Below are positions 43,572 through 51,059 of a stretch of 64,000 bases of DNA, one piece after another. The stretch is taken from IMG/VR virus record IMGVR_UViG_3300031857_000025; one strand, 5' to 3'. Within the stretch, counting starts at the first letter, position 1; each line of letters opens with the position of its first letter. The position numbers were made by a program, and so were the translations under genes. This DNA is from a virus. The notes beneath the pieces are model-generated. The model ran no database searches and was not told where the DNA came from. It saw nothing but the letters and a program-made list of their open reading frames with translations.

Positions 43572-44122
43572 TAAAATTGACAGAAATAGCTAACCAAGTT
43601 ATAATCAGTGAGCATCTACGTTATCATATAGATAACAAAGTATCCATTCATGATAACATATTCCGTTACGGATCAGAGGCTTATTGTAATTTAATGCTTG
43701 AAGCTAAACGTTTATTATCAGAAGGTAAATTATCTGCGGATGTATTTGATGTTGAGGTATTGAAAACTGATATTGGTGAGTTTGGTTTATATGAAGGCGT
43801 TCAAGTTCCTTTAGATTTACCAATGACAGAAGCTGAGTATCAAGGCAAGGATGTAGATCTTAACAAACCTAAACGTGGTGGTAGTAAAAAGTACTATGTT
43901 TATGTTAAGAATCCTAAATCAGGTAATATCAAAAAGATATCATTTGGTGATACTACTGGATTAAGTGCTAAGATACATAACCCAGAAGCTCGAAAAGCTT
44001 TTGCTGCTCGTCATCAATGTGATAAAAAGAAAGATCGTACCAAAGCGGGATATTGGGCATGTAACTTGCCTAGATATGCTAAAAGCTTAGGTATGGGGTC
44101 AAACATGAGTACATATTGGTAA
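43568..44122 (+). CDS. conserved phage protein with MIKL leader
   Basis: LNKPKRGGSKK, SFGD, FAARHQC, AGYWAC. Confidence 0.65.
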   Translation: MIKLTEIANQVIISEHLRYHIDNKVSIHDNIFRYGSEAYCNLMLEAKRLLSEGKLSADVFDVEVLKTDIGEFGLYEGVQVPLDLPMTEAEYQGKDVDLNKPKRGGSKKYYVYVKNPKSGNIKKISFGDTTGLSAKIHNPEARKAFAARHQCDKKKDRTKAGYWACNLPRYAKSLGMGSNMSTYW

Positions 44123-44123
44123 T

Positions 44124-44393
44124 ATGCCGTATTTAGAACAAGTTATAGAAAATTTATCTTACCGAGTATTTCCAGAGGATGTGCAGGAAGAAGAATTGAT
44201 CTGGCATCAAGATGCTGAGGATCGAATTGTAGAAGCTTTACATGATACGGATTGGATGTTTCAATTTGATAATGATTTACCAATATCATTTCGGCATCCA
44301 ATCTATATCAGTAAAGGTGTTATACATAGAGTCATAAAAGGGACAGGACCACTTCATATAGTAGTACATAAGAAAAAAGATTTGGATATTTGA
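44124..44393 (+). CDS. cupin-like protein
   Basis: WHQD...HRVIKG. Confidence 0.55.
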   Translation: MPYLEQVIENLSYRVFPEDVQEEELIWHQDAEDRIVEALHDTDWMFQFDNDLPISFRHPIYISKGVIHRVIKGTGPLHIVVHKKKDLDI

Positions 44394-44416
44394 AATAATG
44401 ATCTTATATTCATAGT

Positions 44417-44755
44417 ATGAATTATGTAATAGCTATACTGTATGGGTTAGTTGCCCAAATAATAACATTTTTACAACTACAAGGACCATACCGTTACGAT
44501 ATACTACGTAACAATCCAGTACCGGTTCTATTAATGGCAGTACCAATTGCCTGGTTGTTTACAAAGTCAACTCATTACTTTTATATAGCATCAGAAGGTC
44601 AGTTATGGCCAGGTAGACTTATCGGTTTTGGTATTGGTATGATAGTATTTAGTTTGATGTCGTACGCTTTATTTAAAGAACCAATGACCATGAAAACTGT
44701 AGTGACATTGATATTGTCAGTTGTTATTGTATGTTTACAGGTCTTTTGGAAATAA
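44417..44755 (+). CDS. four-TM membrane protein (DMT/SMR-like)
   Basis: four hydrophobic segments, FKEP; own promoter at 44381-44412. Confidence 0.6.
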   Translation: MNYVIAILYGLVAQIITFLQLQGPYRYDILRNNPVPVLLMAVPIAWLFTKSTHYFYIASEGQLWPGRLIGFGIGMIVFSLMSYALFKEPMTMKTVVTLILSVVIVCLQVFWK

Positions 44756-44782
44756 CAAATATTTATTAGAAATAAGGATTGC

Positions 44783-45856
44783 ATGGAACCTGCTAAATAT
44801 TTTAATAACGTTATATTAGGACAGTACGTATTAACTGGTGCACCTGTTAAAGTATTCGTTAACGGTAGTTATCTAACAATTACAGATGTAGATGATATTG
44901 AAGATCCAATGTTTGGATTTGGAATGGACCAGAATGGAGCTATGGTACCATTTGATTACCGTACGCTTGATCATATATTAGTTAGTAATAACAATATCAC
45001 AGTAGATACGTATAACAAGGCTATGTCTGGTGATAATGAAGCTTCATCAGATGAAAAAGATTCCAAGGAAGAACCAGAAAAGGAAGATAAGAAAGAAGAA
45101 GAAGGTGAAAGTAAAAATCCATTTGAAAGTAAGCAAAATATGAAACTAAAACCGATGATTGAAAAGGCAGTATCAAAAGCCCAACAGAAATTGTTTGGTG
45201 CTGCATTAAGTGTTAAGCGTGGTGATACTGATACAAAAGAAGTAAGTAAGGACGTAGCTACATTAGCAAAGTCATTATCAGATAAAGAATTAGCAAAATT
45301 TGCTGGTACTAAACATAAAGGTCTTCCGGAAAAGAAAAAAGAAGAGACTAATGAAGATTTAGGATCGGCTCAACAGAAGTTACAAAAAGCTAAAGAAGAA
45401 AGAGCAAAAGCATCTGCTAAAGAAGCTGAAGCAGCAGCTGCAGTTGCAAAAGAAGAAGAAAAAATGGCTAAGATGTCAGAAGATATCGGTGATACTAATA
45501 CTATATCGGAACCATATATGTTTCAAGTCGGTGACATTGTTAATAACGTCAATCCGCAATGTAATCATTTTGGGAGTATGGGGATAGTACAAAAATTAAT
45601 TACATTACCAAATGAAATGGGTACGTTAGTAAAGTATATGGTAACCAATCATGGTGGTACTTATACACCAGGTATGATGTTAACTAAGACAATGGACCAA
45701 TTAGCTCCAGTAGGACCAAGTGTTCCGGATGATATGGATTATACATATGACGATGAAGATTATGATTCTGGTGACTATGATGATTGGGACATTGTTAGCG
45801 GTGATGACTATGATGACTATGATGACGATGACTATGATGATGAAGATGAAGATTAA
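44783..45856 (+). CDS. multi-domain protein with DUF3008-like segment and acidic tail
   Basis: SKAQQKLFGAAL...FAGTKHKGLP; D/Y-rich C-terminus. Confidence 0.6.
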   Translation: MEPAKYFNNVILGQYVLTGAPVKVFVNGSYLTITDVDDIEDPMFGFGMDQNGAMVPFDYRTLDHILVSNNNITVDTYNKAMSGDNEASSDEKDSKEEPEKEDKKEEEGESKNPFESKQNMKLKPMIEKAVSKAQQKLFGAALSVKRGDTDTKEVSKDVATLAKSLSDKELAKFAGTKHKGLPEKKKEETNEDLGSAQQKLQKAKEERAKASAKEAEAAAAVAKEEEKMAKMSEDIGDTNTISEPYMFQVGDIVNNVNPQCNHFGSMGIVQKLITLPNEMGTLVKYMVTNHGGTYTPGMMLTKTMDQLAPVGPSVPDDMDYTYDDEDYDSGDYDDWDIVSGDDYDDYDDDDYDDEDED

Positions 45857-45955
45857 TTAAACGTATGAACAAGTTACATTATATATTACAATTGATATCA
45901 GATATGCCAGATCATATAGCGGCATTACTATTTTTACTAACCTAAATTTAATCAC

Positions 45956-46183
45956 ATGAGTGACAATTACATAGAACTCACTATTGAGGAAGTGTATGAA
46001 GTATTACGGGCTGGCGATCATTGGCCCAAAGAATTTACTACAGATCGTAAAATAAAAATGTTGGAAAACATTATCGGCTACTATGAAGCCAAAGATGAAT
46101 TTGAGAAATGTGCCTTTTTATTAAACAAGATAAATGAACTTAAGAATCCGAAGCAGAAGATTAGATCTCCACGAAATAACTAA
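45956..46183 (+). CDS. UVR-domain-like small protein
   Basis: YEAKDEFEKCAFL. Confidence 0.5.
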   Translation: MSDNYIELTIEEVYEVLRAGDHWPKEFTTDRKIKMLENIIGYYEAKDEFEKCAFLLNKINELKNPKQKIRSPRNN

Positions 46184-46346
46184 TACAGATCATCAGTATA
46201 GTTATGTAGTACAGGTCTTCAACGAAAGTAATACCGTAATAGATGCTCGAGTAGCATATGGTATCGTACATAGAACAGCAGTTACACGTGAATTAATAGT
46301 TAAACATGGGGCAGAATACATCGTCAAAATCGACCACGAAGAATAA
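46134..46346 (+). CDS. hypothetical protein
   Basis: 70 aa ORF overlapping both neighbours. Confidence 0.45.
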   Translation: MNLRIRSRRLDLHEITNTDHQYSYVVQVFNESNTVIDARVAYGIVHRTAVTRELIVKHGAEYIVKIDHEE

Positions 46347-46584
46347 ACGCAACCGTAAATGGCAATTGTATTTATTCAATGACAACCATAATAGTATGGA
46401 ACATGTAGTCGATTCATTGAATATGCATATTCCAATGTGTAATAGATATCGGGCTGAACAACTTGCTATTATAGCTCATCATCAAGGACATGTTGTAATC
46501 TACGAAGGCGGTAATACAGAAATATTGATATTGTATAACACCCTAATACAGGAAGGGTTAACGGTGGATGCAACTTTCATATAA
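46306..46584 (+). CDS. clpS: ClpS N-degron adaptor
   Basis: LFNDNHNSMEHVV, AEQLAIIAHHQG, GLT. Confidence 0.75.
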   Translation: MGQNTSSKSTTKNKRNRKWQLYLFNDNHNSMEHVVDSLNMHIPMCNRYRAEQLAIIAHHQGHVVIYEGGNTEILILYNTLIQEGLTVDATFI

Positions 46585-46625
46585 AATAATTTGGTATTAT
46601 TGAAATTAGTTATTATATTAAGGTT

Positions 46626-46991
46626 ATGATTGAAACTAAAACAAACATTATTATACGCTTCCAATTAGACGGAATGCATAACTTTCCTAAAGCAGCTGTA
46701 CTATTTCCAGAAGCAGCTTTCCTAGCAGATAGACATCGTCATATGTTCCATTTTGAACTACATAAACAAGTTAATCATGATGACCGTGATGTGGAGTTCA
46801 TTTGCTTCAAAAGAGATGTAATGAACTACTTAACAGATAAGTACTCAGATAATTATAAAAGAACTCTGGAGTTTGGTGCTATGTCATGTGAAATGATTGC
46901 TCGTGAATTGCTGGAGTATTTTGATTGTGAACGAGTATCAGTATTTGAAGATGGAGAGAATGGAGCAGAAATTTATAAGGTAAACAAATGA
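46626..46991 (+). CDS. QueD-like T-fold protein (DpdL-type, putative CDG decarboxylase)
   Basis: LADRHRHMF (LxxxHRHxF), DRDVEF, SCE, EDGENG. Confidence 0.7.
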   Translation: MIETKTNIIIRFQLDGMHNFPKAAVLFPEAAFLADRHRHMFHFELHKQVNHDDRDVEFICFKRDVMNYLTDKYSDNYKRTLEFGAMSCEMIARELLEYFDCERVSVFEDGENGAEIYKVNK

Positions 46992-47179
46992 AAAAAGATT
47001 ACAAAGTAGAAATTATTACCCGTTGGTATGAAATGATGAACACGGAAGATTACGGCAGACTACCTAAGCCTGACCCTATTACCGTTACTTTATTGAACTC
47101 GATATTGTCGGAATATACTATTCAACCCATGACTACGACAGAACATGTAGTGAACGATAAACAATTATTACAAGGATAA
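46988..47179 (+). CDS. hypothetical protein
   Basis: 63 aa ORF overlapping the upstream stop. Confidence 0.45.
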   Translation: MKKDYKVEIITRWYEMMNTEDYGRLPKPDPITVTLLNSILSEYTIQPMTTTEHVVNDKQLLQG

Positions 47180-47183
47180 TTTT

Positions 47184-47714
47184 ATGCCATATAAGCCTGG
47201 CCAGGGAAGAACACCATTAAATATATCTGAATCGGAAATCAGGTATGCCATGAGCAATGCAAAAACTGCTCGAGGATGTGCCAGATTTCTAAAAGTTACT
47301 TATCGTACCTATGAGAAGTATGCTAAGAGATATGTGGATAGTGCTACTGGTAAGACCTTATATGAATTGTCTAAAAACAAAGGTGGTAAAGGAACGCGTA
47401 GGAATGTAGTATATTCAGAGAAACGTAGTACGCCATTAGATGCCATCCTGCGTGGAGAACATCCTAATTATGATCTACATAAGCTCAAACATAGATTACT
47501 ACGAAGTGGTGAAATGGCAGAACAATGTGATTGTTGTGGATTTGAAGAACGACGTATAACCGATTATACAGTGCCATTGCTCCTGATTCATTTGAATGGA
47601 GACCGTACAGATCATCGTCGTGAGAACCTGCAACTACTATGTTACAATTGTACATACCTGCAATCTCATAATACTTTTGGTGGTAGACCCCGGACAATTA
47701 TTATAAATCCGTAG
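47184..47714 (+). CDS. HNH-like nuclease-domain protein with N-terminal HTH-like region
   Basis: CDCCG, HLNGDRTDHRRENLQLLCYNC. Confidence 0.7.
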   Translation: MPYKPGQGRTPLNISESEIRYAMSNAKTARGCARFLKVTYRTYEKYAKRYVDSATGKTLYELSKNKGGKGTRRNVVYSEKRSTPLDAILRGEHPNYDLHKLKHRLLRSGEMAEQCDCCGFEERRITDYTVPLLLIHLNGDRTDHRRENLQLLCYNCTYLQSHNTFGGRPRTIIINP

Positions 47715-47722
47715 TGACGGTA

Positions 47723-47828
47723 CGGTAAGTCCTTGATTATCAATGAGTTACCGGAGCAAAAGTAACTTTTCTTACTTTTCTCTAGGATTTCGAGGATTTT
47801 GTACTTATCTTTATGAAATAATTAAAAA
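47723..47828 (+). repeat. palindrome plus promoter cassette, copy 1
   Basis: CGGTAAgtccTTGA-tta-TCAAtgagTTACCG, then AGTAAC...CTAGGA-TACTTATCTTTATGAAATAATTAAAAA. Confidence 0.8.
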
Positions 47829-47836
47829 GAAAGAAT

Positions 47837-47920
47837 ATGGTATTCAAATTAGACAAACCTACCGTCAGCGCTTTAGCCGTTGTATTATGCTTAACCGTTT
47901 TGGCTTTATTAGTGGCATAA
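47837..47920 (+). CDS. 27 aa single-TM peptide, not in the ORF track
   Basis: MVFKLDKPTVSALAVVLCLTVLALLVA directly after a promoter. Confidence 0.55.
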   Translation: MVFKLDKPTVSALAVVLCLTVLALLVA

Positions 47921-47988
47921 AGTAACATTTTTAACTTTTTTCTAGGATATATAAAAAAGTGTACTTATATTTATGAAATAATTAAAAA
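47919..47988 (+). promoter_or_regulatory. promoter cassette, copy 2 (no palindrome)
   Basis: AAGTAACATTTTTAAC...CTAG-N20-TATATTTATGAAATAATTAAAAA. Confidence 0.75.
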
Positions 47989-48258
47989 ATGATAATTAAA
48001 GGTATGGAAAACAAAAGAACAATGGTACTAACAAAAATTAGTAAGCAATTACCAGGACAAGAAAGAGCGTTCTTGGAATTCATGGGCGGAACTGTAAATT
48101 CATTTGAGAATTGGTCAGAGAAAAGCATGGACGAATTATTGAATTGTTTTATTGAGTTCGAGGAAACTGAAAATGAGGTAGAATTAACAGATGAAATAGC
48201 AGATGAGCTATTGGAAATGTATATTCCAGGTTATGTTAGTGGTGAAGGAGTTTTCTAA
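47989..48258 (+). CDS. hypothetical acidic protein
   Basis: ORF behind a promoter cassette. Confidence 0.6.
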   Translation: MIIKGMENKRTMVLTKISKQLPGQERAFLEFMGGTVNSFENWSEKSMDELLNCFIEFEETENEVELTDEIADELLEMYIPGYVSGEGVF

Positions 48259-48269
48259 ACTTTAAAAAT

Positions 48270-48355
48270 GCCGAGGTGATGGAACTGGTAGACATGCAAG
48301 ACTTAAAATCTTGTGGGTAGTGATACCCGTACGGGTTCGATTCCCGTCCTCGGTA
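48270..48355 (+). tRNA. tRNA-Leu(TAA)
   Basis: acceptor GCCGAGG/CCTCGGT, anticodon arm CAAGA-CTTAAAA-TCTTG, long variable arm, GGTTCGATTCC. Confidence 0.95.
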
Positions 48356-48440
48356 CTAAAAAGAAAAAATCTTAAAAAAGATTTGGTTTTTTGAGATAAC
48401 GTTCTTATATTTATGAAAGATGAATAAGAAATTGTTTAAA

Positions 48441-48584
48441 ATGGCAAAAGCATCTGATAGAGAGCTTAGAATAGAAGCCGGCTTCTTTGATGGCCGATTC
48501 GCTCCTAAGCAATTTACGGATCGCAAGAAAAAGTCTAAACGATTAGCCTGCCGTAAGTGGAAACTGAATAAACAAGAGTATTAA
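48441..48584 (+). CDS. 47 aa basic protein, not in the ORF track
   Basis: MAKASDRELRIEAGFFDGRFAPKQFTDRKKKSKRLACRKW...; own promoter at 48382-48413. Confidence 0.6.
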   Translation: MAKASDRELRIEAGFFDGRFAPKQFTDRKKKSKRLACRKWKLNKQEY

Positions 48585-48612
48585 AAATTTCTTAAAAAAA
48601 GTTACAAAAAGA

Positions 48613-48644
48613 TTTGGTAAATCAAAATATTGTACTTATATTTA
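48613..48644 (+). promoter_or_regulatory. promoter of the ncRNA/tRNA operon
   Basis: TTTG-N20-TATATTTA. Confidence 0.75.
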
Positions 48645-48649
48645 TGAAA

Positions 48650-49553
48650 TAATTGTGAGAGAGAAAGTTCTTTGAAATATTATTATCCATTCAGTAGTTG
48701 ATTATGAGACCTTCGGGTTGATTATGAGACATTTAATCTGATAAATGATAATCGGCCGCTTATGGTCGTTAAATAAACTGGGAAACCAGGATAAAGTGAA
48801 TCACCTTAGTTGAAGTGGTTTGCGGCTTTAGTAATAGAGCTCAAGTAAGCAAGTAGGATATCATTGGTCCTTTGTACCTGAGGGTAACACTGTAGGGGAA
48901 GTGGATTGATGACTGAGCGATGCAGGTCGTTTGGTTGAGTTCGGAAGAATAATAAGAATAACCTATAGGAATTATGTAAGAAGTATGCTTATCCAAGTAT
49001 ATTATTGCGAGTTCCAATATAAGAGGAATCTTAAAGCTGAAAGGCAAGTCAGTGTACGGGTGGTGCCGTTACTGTACCGGAGACTTATCTACCAAGGTAG
49101 GTTTACGTAGATTTCTTGAAGTATGGAGGTGGGGACACTTCAGAGAGTAGTTAAGTATTGACTCGTTCAAAAGATGAGTTAGCTTGTGATAGGCCACTAC
49201 TTTCCGAATCTGCAACTAAAACCTTTGCATTGATTAGCAAACTAATAAATAACAAAGCAAAAGTGCCTATCAGCTACGGATGAAAGATGCCTACACAGTA
49301 ATGGGTTGTCCATTGCCATTGAAGGTCGCAAGCCTAAGATGATATCTTTGAAAGGTCTATAGCTCCGCAAGAGTTAATTAGCCCGGCAGGGTTGAATAGA
49401 ATGAGTAAGAGGTGAGTAGTCCAAACAAGTAGCTCAAAGAGTGGTGTACTTAAATCACCGGCATTGTTAGGATAGTATCCAAAAGATACTGGACAAGAAG
49501 GGAAAACATAATCCGACAAAAGACCTAACACCGAAGCTGTAGTCTCAGGCTTT
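48650..49553 (+). ncRNA. ~900 nt structured RNA, GOLLD-like
   Basis: no + strand ORF of 60 aa or more, richer in GC than its flanks, many GNRA/UUCG-capped helices, lies between phage tRNAs; family assignment from size, context and recall only. Confidence 0.7.
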
Positions 49554-49561
49554 ATATAAAT

Positions 49562-49638
49562 TGTGGGATAGAGCAGTTGGCCAGCTCGTTAGGCTCATAA
49601 CCTAAAGGTCGGTGGTTCGAATCCATCTCCCGCAACCA
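49562..49638 (+). tRNA. tRNA-Met(CAT), initiator-like
   Basis: weak 1:72 pair, A11-U24, TTAGG-CTCATAA-CCTAA, encoded CCA. Confidence 0.9.
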
Positions 49639-49651
49639 TTAAAAATTAGTT

Positions 49652-49921
49652 ATGGAAAACAAAAAGTATTCAGTAGTTTATAAAAATGCTGAAACAACAA
49701 GTACCTGGACCTATGATCTTAGTAAGACTCGTAACGGTCCAGTTTCTGTTGAAATAGAGTATCATGATGGATTGGTTGAACGTAAGGTTAAAACTAAAGA
49801 GCCAAAAGTGAAAAAAGCAAAAGTGGTTAAAGCTAAACCAACTCCAGTTAAGAAGAAAAAGATTGTTAAGAAGAAAAGTGTTAAGAAGAAAATAAACACT
49901 AATCTTGGTCGGTTCGTCTAG
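49652..49921 (+). CDS. Lys-rich basic-tail protein
   Basis: KVKKAKVVKAK...KKKKIVKKKSVKKK; the stop codon lies inside tRNA-Glu. Confidence 0.65.
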   Translation: MENKKYSVVYKNAETTSTWTYDLSKTRNGPVSVEIEYHDGLVERKVKTKEPKVKKAKVVKAKPTPVKKKKIVKKKSVKKKINTNLGRFV

Positions 49922-49978
49922 GGGTCAGGACACCAGATTTTCATTCTGGGAACACGGGTTCGATTCCCGTACCGACTA
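49907..49978 (+). tRNA. tRNA-Glu(TTC)
   Basis: GGTCGGT/ACCGACT, CCAGA-TTTTCAT-TCTGG, GGTTCGATTCC. Confidence 0.93.
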
Positions 49979-49981
49979 CAC

Positions 49982-50126
49982 GTGCCACTTGATTGGTGGC
50001 TAGTATGTGTAATACGAAAGAAATGGATTGATCTCCATATGCACTAACGCGGGGTGAGAAGGCTCCTACGATTGTTGACTGGTCGGCCCAAGAATAGGTA
50101 AGAGTCGGTGGTACCTTATCAGTCAA
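49982..50126 (+). ncRNA. unidentified structured RNA (~145 nt)
   Basis: GCCAC/GTGGC, ATGGA/TCCAT, TTGACTGGT/ATCAGTCAA helices. Confidence 0.45.
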
Positions 50127-50130
50127 AAAT

Positions 50131-50228
50131 GCTCAGGTGGCGGAAGCGAGACTATTGCAATGGTTCGATAGAAGACGCTAAGGAAACGAGCCAGCAATGG
50201 CATGAAGGTGCAAGTCCTTCTCTGAGTA
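50131..50228 (+). ncRNA. tRNA-like RNA lacking an anticodon arm
   Basis: acceptor GCTCAGG/TCTGAGT+A, Leu-type D stem, variable arm GCCA-GCAA-TGGC, T arm GAAGG-TGCAAGT-CCTTC. Confidence 0.65.
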
Positions 50229-50229
50229 C

Positions 50230-50435
50230 AATGAGTAAGAGATACTCACCAGTCTTTGAATCAAGACTTTACCAATGATTCCGCAGAATGTCTACGGCGC
50301 GAGTGGGACATCGTGGGAATAAAGGCGGCAATCACACCTCCTCCTACGTAGTGTGACTTTTTTAACGGGGATGCCCTTCAGGTTTCATCAATAGGAAAAA
50401 ACCGAAATGACTACTCACCGGAATCTCAGGTGGGG
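50230..50435 (+). ncRNA. unidentified structured RNA (~205 nt) sharing motifs with the large RNA
   Basis: TGAGTA/TACTCA, AGTCTT/AAGACT, TCACAC/GTGTGA, CTCACC/GGTGGG hairpins. Confidence 0.5.
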
Positions 50436-50440
50436 AATTT

Positions 50441-50517
50441 GCGCTCTTAGCTCAGTTGGTTAGAGCAACTGACTCATAATCAGTAGGTACCTGGTTCGAT
50501 TCCAGGAGGGCGCACCA
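50441..50517 (+). tRNA. tRNA(CAT), probably Ile2 (lysidine type)
   Basis: GCGCTCT/AGGGCGC, ACTGA-CTCATAA-TCAGT, encoded CCA; body resembles Ile2 more than Met. Confidence 0.9.
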
Positions 50518-50520
50518 AAC

Positions 50521-51044
50521 AGTAGACGTTCTTTGACATAAAACTTATAGGAGAAAATAATATGGAAACAATGTATTTCGTTTTAGGTATGCTCTCGATC
50601 ATTGGAGTTATCGCAATAGCAACAATCGTTTGGGGTATAGTTAAGATTAGCAAATTGTTAAAGGTAATTAAACAACAGGAAGAGTGGATCATAAACAACG
50701 AACGTCAGATACACGATACCCTTTATCGTTTGCGTGAGGATCTAGATCGTAGAATGGATATTATGGATCGGTATGGTTGTGATCGAGTAACTGATCTACA
50801 ACGAGAACTAGATTCTAGATTTAATACAATAGAACGTGAACAAGAAAAAATAGAAGAGGAATTGCATAGACGTATCGGTCATGAAAATGAAGATATGATG
50901 ATTGAAATAAACAGTCAAATCACAGATGCAGTTACACAAAGCACGTCATATACGGATAAACGTATTGATAAACTTATTGATACTTACTTTATGGTAAGTG
51001 AAGCAAAGAAACAAAAATAATTAAACCGTTAAAGAACGTCTACT
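50521..51044. repeat. 17 bp inverted repeat flanking ORF 50562
   Basis: AGTAGACGTTCTTTGAC (50521-50537) versus GTTAAAGAACGTCTACT (51028-51044); one G-U pair. Confidence 0.85.
50562..51020 (+). CDS. membrane-anchored coiled-coil protein
   Basis: N-terminal TM segment, heptad-rich body. Confidence 0.7.
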   Translation: METMYFVLGMLSIIGVIAIATIVWGIVKISKLLKVIKQQEEWIINNERQIHDTLYRLREDLDRRMDIMDRYGCDRVTDLQRELDSRFNTIEREQEKIEEELHRRIGHENEDMMIEINSQITDAVTQSTSYTDKRIDKLIDTYFMVSEAKKQK

Positions 51045-51059
51045 ATAATATTATAAGTT

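Noticed and set aside
47743-47925. 60 aa ORF from the track
   Set aside because: It runs through the palindrome and promoter; the 27 aa ORF downstream of the promoter is more plausible
48650-49553. Large RNA as rRNA, RNase P, tmRNA or a group I/II intron
   Set aside because: No rRNA or RNase P (GAGGAAAGTCC) signature, no tRNA-Ala-like ends, no interrupted host gene and no domain V seen by eye; cmscan is needed to be certain
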